Of a stretch of 64,000 nt of DNA, positions 13,721-27,375 are shown one piece after another. The notes beneath the pieces are model-generated. The model had not been told where the DNA came from. It searched no databases and saw only the letters and a program-made list of their open reading frames with translations. Origin of the DNA: Nymphaea colorata (Eukaryota); the NCBI RefSeq assembly GCF_008831285.2, contig NC_045138.2, forward strand, positions 35,650,001-35,714,000, given 5' to 3'. How positions within the stretch are numbered: position 1 is the stretch's first letter; each line of letters starts with the position of its first letter. The translations under genes were made by a program, and so were the position numbers.

Positions 13721-15039
13721 TTTCAGTTGATGTGGTATACTTCACAACTGAATTTTTCTACCCTTCAGTAAAAAGCACAGTTGTCAACAGCAAAAACAAA
13801 AAAACTAACAATTACTCTTTTCAACTACTTAAAGAGATTGTTCGGGTTTTTAGACAGCGATATGAAAAGCAAGTAAAATGAATTGACAAAAGTACAAGGT
13901 CAGTGCTTTTCAAACCAAGTTCATTTTTCATTTATATTCTTCTTCTGTATAAGCAACGCCTTTCCAATATGCATTTAAAAATGCCATACACACCCTTAAG
14001 TAGGAAGATGCAAAATAAAAATAAAAAAAAAAAAAAAAATCTTCTTGTTTTGTACTTTCCTCTATTACATGGGAGTTTGATCTTGTTTTCTACTGCAAAA
14101 TCAAGGTTTTGTTAGAGTTCCCAACAAAGTTGGGCATCCAAATCATTTGTGTGGATTGTAGGTAGAAATAGAACTTAATTATAGCTTAGGATTTCCACAC
14201 AGAATCTTATTGTTTCTCATTTCCAACCCACATTTGGAATTTCTTATAGATGTGTAGCTTTATTGCAAACTGCTTTACCAACACTTCCGTTCACTCTGAA
14301 TTTAATTAAAGGAGCTCCGTAGTCAAGGGTCTCAAAGACTATAAATGCTGCCATACATGCATGGCTACTAGCAGGTTTTTACCATGCTGATGATGCCTGT
14401 TCAAACCGAAGCAACAAATATTATTTTTGGGTCTTAAAGCATGCCATGTGTAACTCCTTTGATCTTGCGCTATTGGATCCGGTCTACATGGCGTGGCTTG
14501 CTTGGTTTCTCAAATCTCATGTCACCCAAATTAGTTTGAAGTGTTGTGGGGTGGACATGAAAATGGTCATCGACCGCTCGGTTTCCTTTTTATGTCTCAC
14601 TTTTCCTGTCTCTCTCTTCTCCCCACCGATCGCTTTCTTGGCTCACCTTGAATCTCTAACGGCAAATTCAAGGTGTAGTAAACAATCTTAGCTAATTGGT
14701 ATGTAGGTTAAAAAATGAGCTAGATTGATAAAAGTTACAATCAAATTCAAAATGTGTATTCACATTTTGTTTTATATGTTTGTAAACCTTTGGGTTCCAA
14801 GCAATTAGTTTCCAAGCGCTTGCTATAACATTGCACCTCAAATTTTGATAAACAATATTCTTTCATCAACTCAAACATTTCTCTTTATGTGACGTACGCG
14901 TATTAACCCGATGCGTGTGTGCATCACGGCCCGCACTTTTATTAGAAAAACCGTTTCTTACAATTATAAGTAAAGTTGAACGCGAAAGGAGAAATAAACC
15001 TTAGAAAGATATGAGAAGTATTTATTACTCAAATTTTCA

Positions 15040-16095
15040 TGCCACGCTCGCTCGCTCGCTCGCTTGCTTTTTTTGTGCGCGCTCTCTCTCTTTCTCTATC
15101 TTGTAAAGGAAAGAAAAAATGGAGCAAACCCGAAGGCCGTTACGTCGTGGGTGGTGAAATGACGGCAGGGAAAACAAAATCCCCACCCGTCTCTCTCTCT
15201 CTCTCTCTCTCTGCGCTTCTCAGTTTTCCTCTTTCTAATCTAGGTAAACCCATCTTGTTGATTTCTTTCTGTTCTTTCCAATTCGATTTTCCTCGATTGT
15301 TTTTTTTTCTTGGAAACATTTCACCGAAGATGTGTAACAGCGTTCATTCCTCCCCCTTTCGAACGAGTTTCGTTTTCTTTTTAATTTATTCTCGTTGCTC
15401 GTTTTGATTTGTTTAGGTTTGAATTGTGATTCATCGGTTTTGGGTACATTAATTTCCTCTCTAACATTTTGGTTCTGCAGGTCTTCCTGGGTGCTGAAAG
15501 TTTAGGTCGCAGTGGATCTGCATTTTTTATGGAATTGTGATGTGGGTTTTGGGGTTCGAGATTTTCGTTCTTCGTGATGCTCTGAATGAGGATGGTGGTC
15601 CGAGAAGTGGGCTCTAGCGGTATCTGCTCGTGTCCTTTGATTAGGGTTTTTTTTAGGTGCAATTGCTCTCTCTTGATGGGATCGAGGACGATTAAGGTCA
15701 TGGTTGTTTTCAATTGTGCTAGTCAGGTCAGATTCGAGTGAAGAGCATTAGAATTATCGTTCCTGAGTATGTTGGATGTTTCGATTTGAGAGTTTGAGCA
15801 TTTCTTTCTGTTTTCTGAGCATTTCTTTCTGTTTTCTTGACTTCTCCATTACTTATGGAGGATCAGACGGATGAAGATTTCTTTGACAAGCCTGTGGATG
15901 ACGAGCTCCTGCAGCTGAGTTACACGAGTGTAATGATTCTGATGGGATCAACGATGGGCCCCCTGCTGACACTTCTCTAGCGAACCTTTTTTTGAGTGAA
16001 TCGGAGAACCATTCAGAAGTTCAGGTGGACGTCGCTGTTGCCGGAAAGTTTCTGCATGCTCATGCAGGCAGGAAGCTTGTCCTCTCTGCTGCACG
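15040..16095 (+). pseudogene. Truncated SEC16-like 5' fragment with CT-rich leader and leader intron (~15244-15480); short ORF 15855-15980
   Basis: (L)TSPLLMEDQTDEDFFDKPVDDE matches the plant SEC16 N-terminal DQTDEDFFDKLVDD motif. A shifted frame gives NDSD...SLANLFLSE. No further SEC16 sequence follows. Confidence 0.72.
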
Positions 16096-16503
16096 GTAAT
16101 TTTGTTCGTTCAGTCTGATCCTGTTAACTTGGCAACTCATTATCTTTTTCTTTTCTTTTTCCGTTTTTTTTTCTCTTTCACTGTCTATGTGGTCATTCGT
16201 TGGTTGAAGCACTTCTGGAGTCATGGATGGATGCATTTAAATTTCTTGGTCTGTAATGTGGTGAGGAATTAATGGATCTGACAAGAGGTGTGTTTCTGCA
16301 TCTTGGGAGGAAGAGTGCAGAAGGGATGTGGAGAAATGGAATAATGGTCAGGCTACTATGTATGAGGCCAATTTTTGATGTCTAACTTACCGTGTAGGAG
16401 GCCTGTCTTTGCAACTAATATTTTGATTCTGGAATTATATGCTTATTATTAAATCAAAATTCTGAAATTATGATTCTATCCTAAGGGGTAGAATTATAAT
16501 TCC

Positions 16504-17225
16504 GGGTTTTGTTTATGTTTGAGAAGTAACTCATGCATTTTATTTGTTCTTTAGTTATAATTTGATAGCCGTATTTTTTTTATTGAAATTTCAATTTTAT
16601 TATTATGTTTCACAACTCATAATGCAATTATTGGTTCCTTTTTTTCTTTTTGGACTCTTTAATGCGTCTAGTCCTCCTCCTAGTTGTGGGACTACAAATT
16701 AAACTTTTGAAGAGAGAGCAATTCGTAATATTTTTAGTGCCGTACAACAGGCACTGGGGTTTAAAATGTTAGAGGGATATTGATTTTAAAATGAAAGAGA
16801 ATTTGATTAGTAAGAGGAATTTTTATAGCCCACAACGGATGACCAGAGTAGCCTCTCAAGATGAAACGTAGAAGACATCTGTTTTTTTGGGTCTGGTATT
16901 CTTGTATATTCAAACTGTGATGATGGCATTGTTGGCGCTTCACAAAGCTACGGACCAGGGATTTAAAAGCACTTGTTTAGTCAAAGTAAGTTCAATAAAT
17001 TCATTAACCTCTATGATTTTTAAGCTACATTTACTAACTTTAATAACTTTCAATAAATTCAAACTTCACCGATTTTATCTAATTCTACCATGCGGCTGAG
17101 AAAAGAAGTATACTATGAAATGGAAAAATGAAAAAAAAGATACAGACGTTAATTGGGAGACAGGCGTAGGTAGGCGCACTTGAGGTGCACATCTCGGCCG
17201 TTGAGGTGTGCGTCACTAGAACTAG
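16504..17225 (+). repeat. ~720-bp direct repeat A; ends in a GC-rich hairpin then CTAG|T (Helitron 3'-end-like)
   Basis: Near-identical to 29720-30432. Stem gcacatctc (17187-17195) / gaggtgtgc (17203-17211), then gtcactagaaCTAG|t. Confidence 0.8.
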
Positions 17226-17468
17226 TACATACATGCGGGTGTGCGAAAGGGTAACGGAACGTATAGCGGTGGCAGGGATCACCGTTATAGATTTATAGCG
17301 GTGAAACTTGTGGCGGTGGCTAGATTCACCGGTATAAGAGGCTTTTAGCGGCGGCGCATAGCCCCGCTATAAGTGTATAGGCGGCGAAACGAGTCCCCGT
17401 TATAGTTCTACAGCGGTACTGTTTCTCACCGGTATAGTCTTATACCGGTTGTTTTCATCCCCGCTATA
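17214..17468. mobile_element. CACTA/En-Spm-type terminus: CACTA motif followed by an array of inverted TATAGCGG...CCG(C/T/G)TATA subterminal repeats
   Basis: About six short inverted pairs between 17262 and 17468, and cactag at 17214. No matching opposite end found. Confidence 0.65.
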
Positions 17469-18502
17469 CGTTATCATTAAAGAAACACAAACAAAATTTA
17501 CGTCCCTCAAGAGTACATATTAATCTCATCCTCCCACTAATGCTGGTTATTTGCATCTGCAAGTTCCTTTTTTAGTTTTTAGAAATTGGAGAACATTTAT
17601 TTTAAGAATGTACTTGTTTTTATATGTGCATACTAAAGGAATGAAACTCACTAACTTAGTTGTCCTGCCTAAGCTAACTCATGTGTGTGTAACATAACAC
17701 CCTCTATGTGGGAAGCAGACTAAACTACTCTTATGTTGATAATATTCAGAACAAAATATTTGGCTTAAAAACGAAACTCCATTCCCTAGCACCAGTGGTC
17801 TTGGTACGTATCTTTTTGGATATGAATCATAGTACAGATGGATCGAGATATGCCAAACCAGGCATTTGAGTTATACAGTGTCTGAAACATCAAAATATGT
17901 TGATTTTTTTTTTAAAAAAAAAATTGGCCTTCGAACATTTTTTTTATTTCTAAAACTAATAACACAACGTGTGTTGTAAAATATGTAGGATTTTGTATGG
18001 TTCTTCGTTATGTGGCGTATGATTGTGCTACAAAAGTCTTCTGTTAAGTATTAGTTCGTGTCTGCGCGTTCAAACTTTTTTTTTCCGTTTTGGGTTATGA
18101 CTTTCCACCAACATCCGAAAGGAAGGATAACAACAGTCCAGTTGTCTACCTTATTCATACACATAGAAAGCATTGAAGCAAATGTAATTCAAAAACGGAA
18201 AGCCTGCGAAACATTCTCCATCGAGCGGTCTCTCGTTAATAAAAAGAATTGATAATACCGTTTCACCCTCTTTCCTTTTTTGTGCTTCTCCCCTTTTCCA
18301 TCTTCCTTTTTCTTCCTTTTTCTGCTACTCCCCCTTTCCCTCTTCCGCTTTCTTCCCTTTTCCCTCTTCTGCTTTCTCCCTTTTTCTGCTTCTCCCCTTT
18401 TCCCTCTTCCTCTTTCTACCGCCGGTGGATCGGTCGGCGTCGTTCAGATCCTCGGATGCACCTTCGGCCCTTTCTGTTTTTTCTCTCTCTCTCTCCTGCC
18501 AG

Positions 18503-18675
18503 TCCGTTGTGGAGTCGGTCGGCAACCATTGGAACTCGGTCTCCAGCGGTGGCTCCGTGGTCTTTCAGGAGGCAAATAATCCGGATTCAGATGGTGTGCT
18601 CATGGATTCATCCTTGCAGCCTGCCGGCTTCGGCCTCTCGCCGTCTATGGCACCGGACTGGGGCCACGCTTTAAT
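18503..18675 (+). pseudogene. Isolated exon resembling the N-terminal region of bHLH112/bHLH123-type transcription factors
   Basis: SVSSGGSVVFQEANNPDSDGVLMDSSLQPAGFGLSPSMAPDWGHAL, bounded by ccag| and |gtgagt. Resembles the recalled family pattern S.VFQ...LMDSTLQMMG(F/L)GLSS...DWNQALL. No bHLH domain exons nearby. Confidence 0.55.
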
Positions 18676-21600
18676 GTGAGTGTTCGCATCAGCGGAACCA
18701 TGATTTTCTGTTGTCTGACTCCTGGTTCGTATTTGAATTTTAATGTTCAATTTCATCGTTTTATTTGTCCACGTTCAGTTTAGTTTCCAATGGGCGATGA
18801 TCAGAGATTATTATGGTTATTCATAATCTGATGTCATTAGTCGATGATAATTGCAGAGTCATGGGAAAAATCAGCTGTTCATGAGTTTACTAATTTTATT
18901 ATCTACTCTAATTGTGCACAATGGGTGGTTGCATTATTTTTAGATAAATTTTGCGGTTTCACAGGCATATGTAGCTTGAATCTTTGTAGTTCCTAATTAT
19001 TGTATAGAATTTTGATTTATGATTGCTGTTTTAATTGAAAAAGAACAAGAAAAAATTGCTGTGAGGAACAGGCTGTTTTCGATCATTTTCTTATTTTTAT
19101 GTCATTGATATAGCTGTCTAGAGGCAGGACCCGTAGATGGATTTGTATAGCTTAACCACATGAAAAATCGATAGTTTTTCTCATCATCCTATGACTTTGG
19201 ACCTTCAGCAACGGTTAATTGATCATGAGATTTGTATGGTGTCTGTAATCTCAAGGCTTCTTTACTTCACCTTTTAGTTTGCGGGTAAGTACTAAAAAGT
19301 AAAACTACTAAATTGCATCAGGGCTTGTCCTGAATTTAGGGGTTGCGAGGAAGCCAGAAGTCAGCCCGAATTTCGACCTTCAGTTTCAGGAATAGATTGA
19401 ATAGAAAATCTTAGAAAATTGTCATTGTTGTTTGATTGAATTTTCAGAACTATCCTTAAAACTTTGGACAAGATGAATGCTCGGTGATATCCTCTAATTA
19501 AAAAACAGCTTAATCTTGAACATCAGAGATGAATATGTTCTCTTCCTACTTTCTCCTTACGTTTATCTTGCTCTATTGTGATATAATAAGCTGGCTCAGC
19601 AAACACTAGTGAGGGGATTTAGGTGATATTGCCTTCCAAGAGGGGATTTAAGATCTCTGGTCATTTAGAGCATATAATCAGAAATACGTGAGGCTAGAGA
19701 GTGTAGGCGTATAATCAACTAAGGAACGAGCTGATATTCGTACATTCGTTTGACTGATTGCAGTAGATGAAATGCAATAAAGGTGTCTAAGTTGGTGCAA
19801 TGCGGTTCTTAGATTAAAAAATTTGTGCTTGCTGGTTGTCATCTAGCATTCTCACTTTTGAGCAACATTGAAATTGCAGGAAGGAGGAGCCTCTATGAAA
19901 CCAGTGAGGACAACTTCTTTTCAGCAGTCATGCCAAACTTCAGCATGTCTCAGTAATTTTCTTTCTCTTATACCTGATTGTTTAAGAATACTTATCGACA
20001 CTCCCACCCAAATGACAGGCTGAAAAATGATTTTCCATTTTCAGAACCTATTGTCAAACATGCGTTTGCTTTTTTATTATTACAGTCACTATTTTCTTCT
20101 TGTGTTTTTGTCGTTGTCTTCTCTATGCAAAATTTGGTCATGATATGAGGAATTTTTTTAGGGGTGAAAATATTTTGAGCAATCTTGCAACTCGTGCTTG
20201 TGGTTGGTGCTCACTTTTATTTTGGTGGACTATTCTTTAGCATTGTCACACCCTCACTTCTAAGGGCTCTTTTCTTTCCAAACTTACAGTTGCTTTTGAA
20301 GTATATGTTCCTACCTTGCTGTTATCTTTTTTTGTCAACTGATTAGGCCAACTACTCCAAAGCTTACTTTTGGGGAAAAAAAACCTTTTCGTTCCAACTA
20401 TTTGTGGAACCCTTGTTCACTAAGAAGCCCATATGTACCAAGGACTTGTAGCCTCTAGGCTTTTCCTTTTTTGTAGAGGACCTTATAGGAGAGTGTGATG
20501 GAGCCTACTCTTTTACATCCCTCCAAAACCCATTACACGGGTCACTCCAGTTTCACAAACACCCTATCTATGGGGAAAAGAGAGACTCCTTATCTGGACA
20601 ATGTATCATTTGATGTCGGCAGTTTTCCAAAAGTTTTTAGCCCTATATTTGTTCAAAAGGACTTTCGTGCACAATGGTATACCTTCTTTTTTTCTTAAGT
20701 ATTTTTTTAAGGAGAAGGATGAAGTTTGAAGCTTTTGTTGTCAGTCAACGAGAGGTAAAACTGGAAAGATCCTCGATATGAGCAGTGTGGGAGAATCTGA
20801 TGACACTGAGGAAGTCAAAGATTAGAAAAAGCTATTAGCCTTAGCAATCAAACATCTGCAAGGGTTTAGCAGGAGAATGCTATGAGAATGAAGCCCTAGC
20901 GTCCTGTAAAATCTTGGCAGGTAGCAAAATGAGAGTTGAGGGTGAGCTCGGGGCAAGTGTAGTCGTTCCTCTGGGTCAATACGTGAGAGTACTGAGAAGG
21001 CGCATAGCTGATTTGCGTCTCTCTTGCGAAATCATGTGACCTATGAACTTTTGTCTAGTCGTGGCCTGAAGCCTTCTGAACTCGAGCAAGTAAGTCCGAG
21101 GGGTGTTCTACACCTGGTACCCTAAGGCCAACTGGTCTGGGAGCTGCCGGCCCAAAGCTCGCTACACGGGTTCAGTAGAAAGCCCAATAGGCACGATATT
21201 GCACAAGACAAAACTACACAACCACCAAAATGGTGGAGCTTCGTAGTAGCCTTTGGGGTGGTGAGGTATTTCCCTCAAAGGTGAAGGGTGGCTCAGTTAG
21301 AAAAAGAAAAAGAAAAAGAAAAAGAGCAAAATCAAAAGAAAAATCTAAAATCAAAAGCAGAAAGAAAAAAAAAAAAGTGCCTGCCAAGAGATGAAAGACA
21401 TGAAGGCCGAACTCTGAAGTATTGAATGAAAAAATCTTTTTCAGATGGATGATTCTAGGCTAATATTTGTTCCTCTTCTATGACTTTCTATGAAATTGAG
21501 GACGATTCCTCTATGCTCATGTTTTGGAAATGGAAAGAAATCCCTTGAAGAGACTGGACAACATTGGTGCGAGATGAATCCAGACACTTAATGAATACTT

Positions 21601-24600
21601 CTGGTAAATGAAGGCCATATCTCCTGCACACTACGAGCACTCAAAGCCTATAGGGCAAAGAATTGAAAATTTTTTGAGCTATTTTAAAGACAAATCTTTG
21701 CAAAGGAAAACTTGACATCTTTTGCTACATTTGTGGCTCCTGGTTATTGGAGAAATCTAGTTCCCTTAGGACTTGATGGATGCAGCCCTTTCATTTCCTT
21801 CTATGCTAGTCCATTCACAGAATGGATGAAACATCTCAAAATTAGTCTACTCATGCTAAGTGTGATGTCTTCCCCCGCTGTTCCCTAGATTTACCTCTTG
21901 CGCTTTCCCTCTAAATTTGATCTCCAACTCTATTTTCAGCTAAGCTTCAACTTCTTCCCTCCTGCTGTATGTTGGAATCCCAGCCATGGAGTTGTCCCCT
22001 TAGGTCCTGTTTTTAGTGTCGCCCATCTTTAAACCCTAATTTTACTAGTTGTTTTCTAAACTAGGTTAACTCATGTTTTAATCTTATTTAAAATCTAGCC
22101 TTCGGCCTTTGTTTTCAAATTTCATGCGTCATGTAGATCTGGCCATCTAGGCTCCACGCATGCATGGATCCAATAATGTAAAGGTTTTTAAAGTATATTT
22201 TACATATTCTTAAAACACTAAGGTGGGTTTGTGGTACTTGCCAGGTCTTGTGATCTATTTTGTTATATAAGGTTAATAACTACATATGGTGTTGTTTGAT
22301 GAATTTGTGGAGATTGATGAATTTGTTTAAGTGCTACTTGAGCATTTAGTGAAACAGCAGAGCACTCGCTGTCTTTTTTGTGCATGTACTTTGCAAAAAT
22401 ATACTTCTCAGTCTTATGAAGCAACAAGGCCCAAGTATCATGTACAACTAAAGCTGTTATGCACATTTAGTTGCTTTTCAACTCGCATCGGTTACTTCTT
22501 TCATTTTGTTTTCAGGATTGTTTTTCCTGCCATGAAGTTTCATCAAATCTTGGAATATCAATTATTTATTCTTCAAGATAGCGGAAAATGTAGCATGAAG
22601 TCCTTGAGTTGGTTGGAATTTTTCTAAACATGGTTGTTGTATTTCATCCGTTGATTGTTCATAATAGCAGTTATGAGTCACGTGTTTCCTCATTTTTTAC
22701 TTTTAACATCTAAAAGTGGTGAGATCTTTTTTGCAAATGCCACAGGGTATCATAAGTCATCATCGTTCTTCAGTTTCGTTTTTAATTTGTCTCTATTTTT
22801 CCTTAAGATCGAATGGCACTACTCTATTTTATTGTCTTAAATTTTCCACTCTCATTGCATGGCCTTGTGAGGTGCCTGCTTTAAGTGGAATAACAAGTTC
22901 TTCTTCAATACGAGAAGCTCAAAACGGAGTTACCATTCCAATGAATCTTTAGTTGCAGGCAATGTGATTTTTTAGTGGCTTGAACTTGACATTTGAAATA
23001 GGTGGCATTCTTGTCTTGAGGGCTGAAGGTCGTGGGAGGGCCTCATGTACCTGCCATATTCCATTGCTGTTGAAAGCTATGAATTTGGGCCTATAGGTGA
23101 TTGTGATTAGTATTTTCAATTTAGGTTATCATGTATCTTTTAGGGACCTAGTATGAGGGAGCTAACCAAAAGACCTCTGAAACATTCTGATTGAATCTCC
23201 ACAAATTGAAAGCACGTTCCTTTTCACAATCTAGTTTTTAACTAAAGAGGCACAAACGTGTTCAAATTTTTTGAATGGATCCTGGATAATTGAACAAACA
23301 CAGGTCCTTATGCTGCTGTAAAACTGTGGGTGCTAACTAAACAAAATGCTGGTTTCTTTGGCAATATTTTCTGTAGATTCTGTATTATAAATTTTTGCTG
23401 CACAACTTATTGTTGGAAAGTGTCAATGTCCAAGGATGTCATGCACGATCTACTGTCAACACCATCTATTTCTACTAGCACACCTGACATAGAAATTTCA
23501 AGTCTTGTGGAGTGTTGTAGCACCATTCAGAAAGCAGAAGTGTATAAGATGTAAGTGCTTAAGATATCTCATGGATCTTGCCTTTCTCATGTCTTCTGCA
23601 CACTAATTGTTGGTTAACCAAGTTATTGCTGCTAACGTAAAATTCTCATTTTGTTGTTTCCACTTTCTTTTACAAATCCATTGCATTTATTTGATATCCT
23701 TAGTGTCATTTCTTGTACTTTGAGCTCCCATGCTGGTCCTAATGTCCCTTCTTGTACTTTGAGCTATCATGTTGGTCCCGTTGTCGCCTACTGTACCTGG
23801 AAAGAGGAGAGTACCACTTCCACCTTTTATGGCAGGAGTAAGAAAGTTACTCTGAAAATAACTCCATGAGGACTGCATTTTTAGCCAAATTCTCTCTTTC
23901 TTTCTTGTTACATCTCTTCTCTATCCAGGTAAAGAAAATATCTGTACAAACTTCAAATTGTCTGAGATAAGCCTATGATGCTGATCCAAATTCTGCCCAT
24001 AGCTGCAGTTTGCACTTTACACTCTAAAAGTCTATGAAACTAGGACTGCTACTAGTGTGAACAAGCGGATCTCAAGGAAGTGCACATCCATTTTAAACAT
24101 TGCATTTAGTTCCCCTTTTGCTGATTTAGTTTCACAATAGGATCAATAGAATGCCTTTTCTCCTTGATATGCTAGGTCCTCTCAATGTACTTTTTTGGTT
24201 GTTCACTTGAATGTTGAAAAACGAGGCCATTACTGTGCTCATATGAAATTCTCAAAATTTTGGAAATTTTTGAACTTCGGTGGTGGGTTAAGGTAGCATG
24301 TTGATAATTGTTTCTAGATTTGTGTATCATTCTTTAGGTAAACAGTGGCTCGCCTATTAATATTGTTTTTATCTTCAGTGTTCTCCCTAATTTAAAATTC
24401 AAATGTATTAGTAACGCTCGTTGTATCTGGTTTTCTTGATGTATCAAACTCATAAACTGATTTTGTAATCAACCATTCTCTCATAAGTCTCCTTTTTGCT
24501 AGGTTGAATTTCCTATTCAGGATGCTGTTAAATTATACTCAGAGAAACTAAAATTGATCAGCCTTGGTGAATCTCTCATTCTTTTGGCTTTATTTTCAAA

Positions 24601-26125
24601 TTTTGTGTTTGTTGGTAGCATGTCAGGCTTGGCCAGGTGACTTGTATGCTTGCTCTGCCGAAGGCATGCTTGAGTTTAGCTCTTCAAACTCCGGTGAAGT
24701 TTTATTGCTTTCAATAATTAAAGGAAAAGGAAAAATGCCAATATTGCTAATACGAAGTCTTGCATGTCTCATCTAGATTTTGGCTGGTGTCCTAATTATC
24801 TAAATGCCCTGGCTGTGGTGAAGTCCAGATGAAGAAGCATGGTGATCCAGACGTCAATTACCATACCTAGAGCTATGGATTGTTTTTAGTTAGGGGCATA
24901 TGTATTGTTCACATTTTTTGAATGCCAAATGCCCTTTGATTTATTGGTTATATTTTGGTCATATTTAAGGATATGCTCACATTTGTTGTTAAAAGGGCTC
25001 GTCTTTCTTTCTGGCACAAGTTTGAACGAAAATCGAAGCCTGGATCTTCCTAGGAGCAGTGACGAAACCCTTTACAGTGCACACCTATAAAATCTGCTTG
25101 TGCAAGAAACGACATCCATGGAGCTTCAAATGTGGTGTTATGCTGGATAGCCAAGGCCCACTCCCGTTTCCACTGTAACAACCGCCCTGGGTCTAAACGT
25201 TGCTGGGCTTTGCTAAGTGATACAACTAAAAACAGGCCAAAAGCAAACAACAAATTAAGTTAAATAATTGATCTGCTTATGAAATTAAAATTACATACTT
25301 CAATGTCTAAAGCTTTGAGGGCAAAAAAGAAAGAGCCTGAGGTTACTGCTGTTGAAGTTGTTTTCTTGTGTAGAAAGGGAAAAAAAAATCAGCCTATATG
25401 TGGCGGTGGATGGGCATGATAAGAAACATTGCATTTTCTATCCTTCATCGCCAACGAATTCCTATATTCATCGATAGCCCCTCCATGTGAGTGTCATTGA
25501 AGTTAGAACTCTAGTTACTTTTCTTGTGAATATCTTGTGGATAATAAAAATTAAATATTTGAATCAGTATATTTCCAGTTCACACACAACCACACGTGCA
25601 GTCATGCACGTTGCTCTAATTATCTTCTCCAATGCTTCTTTCCAAGACTTCAAATGAGGAGAGGTTTCAGGATGCCAGGTTTTTTGCATGCTTTCTACTT
25701 CTTCATGAACTTAAAAAAATTGCTTTTTGCAGGGAGTTGAGCGTTATTGATCATCTTGAGGAGGTCTTATCATTTATTAGTTTATCATTGACCAGCCATC
25801 CTGAAGTCAGCCGATCCCCTCCTGGGATTGCACCTTTTTCAGGTAAATATTCTATCCAAAACAGATACATATTGGATAATACTCACTTGTGTGGTTTCCA
25901 CTTCTGAGTTCAGTTATTATAGGACTTAATGGACATGTATGTGCTTGTCGTGTAACTATTGTCTTTTTGCTGCTTGGGACTAATAATGCTCATCTTACTG
26001 TACTTCCCACTCGTTTTTCTTCATTTAATTTGAATGAAAAGCATGGTAATGCTATAAATCAATTATTTGATGCTACATAAGAGTCTGTACGTAAACACAT
26101 CATATGTAGTAAACTAATTATTAGG

Positions 26126-26529
26126 TATTTGATGCCAAATAAAAGCAAAAACCTTCAACACTTCAAGACAGAAAACAAAAAGCAACAACTGAATCAAATA
26201 AGCCCCCGATGCAAACTGCTGGGAGAGTCAGCAACAAAAAATGAAAAGCAAAGAAAAAAAAAAGATTAAAACAACAAAGCAAAAAGAGGAGGAGGGACAA
26301 CATAGGCTGGATGAGAGAAGTATAATGCAGGTTGCAAGTGGATTCGCTACAATCCAATATTGTTGTCACGCCATAGAATAGGAGGTGTGGATGACAAAAC
26401 CCCATGATCTTTGAGATGTGATTCCAACAGTTGTTGCACAGTCTTCGTCTTCTTGTTTCTTCTCTCTCCAAAATAAGCGAATAAAGGGGAAGAAGAAAAA
26501 GAAGAGGAGGAGGAAATATACTCCCCCTC
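26126..26529 (-). mobile_element. Possible degenerate LTR remnant flanked by PPT-like and PBS-like sequences
   Basis: Minus strand: gagggggag|tatatttcc...cttttA-tt-TGGCATCAAA, resembling the TGGTATCAGA iMet PBS. No second LTR found. Confidence 0.3.
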
Positions 26530-27375
26530 ACGTAAAAACCAATTAGTAATGCTTTCTATGGTGATACTTGTGCTTTCTTAATGCACCAAATGGTCCTCAC
26601 TGCTGGTGTTAATAATTTTGATTTGTTGCTTGTGGTTTTAAATTTAAGGCACATTTGCAACATGGAAATCTTGTGTCCAATGCTTTCATATCTGCATTTG
26701 TATCGCCTATTAATATTGTCTTATCTTCCGGTGTTCTCCGAAATTTAAAATTCAAATGTATTAGTAATGCTCTTTGTATCTGGTTTCCGTGATGTATCAA
26801 CTATCAAGTATCAACTCAGAAACTGATTTTGTAATCGACATTCCTCTCATAAGTCTCCTTTTGCTAGGTTGAATTTCTTATTGGGGATGCTGTTAAATTA
26901 TACTCAGAGAATCTAAAATTGATCAGCCTAGGTGAATCTCTCATTCTTTTGGCTTTATTTTCAAATTTTGTGTTCATAGGTAGCATGCTCTGAATACATA
27001 GTAGTGTTCAGGCTTGGCCATGTGACTTATATGCTTGCTCTGCCGAAGGCATGCTTGAATTTAGCTCATCAAACTCCGGTGAAGTTTTCTTGCTTTCAAT
27101 AATTAAAGGAAAAGGAAAATATTCCAATATTTCTAATCTAGCATGTCTCGTCTAGATTTTGGCTAGTGTCCTAATTATCTAAATGCCCCTCATATTCTAT
27201 CTCAGGGTGATGTACTTTGAATCTGTCCATGTAATTTTTTAACTCATCTGATCAACCGATGCCAATCAGAACCAGCTTATTGAATTGCGAACAACAGAGA
27301 TCCAGTGTTAACTTCTTGATAAGGTTAATTTCTTCTCCAGTTTCTTTGCAGATATAAATAATTATGTTTCTTGCC

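Noticed and set aside
17700..17720. snRNA-type USE (TCCCACATAG, minus strand)
   Set aside because: No correctly spaced TATA box or recognisable snRNA/telomerase RNA downstream.
18249..18674. 141-aa and 99-aa F/L/S/P-rich ORFs, and similar short ORFs throughout the track
   Set aside because: Translations of pyrimidine tracts, introns or antisense strands with no domain signal.
20700..22050. Degenerate LINE/retroelement fragment
   Set aside because: Composition is suggestive, but no RT, endonuclease or RNase H motif could be read.
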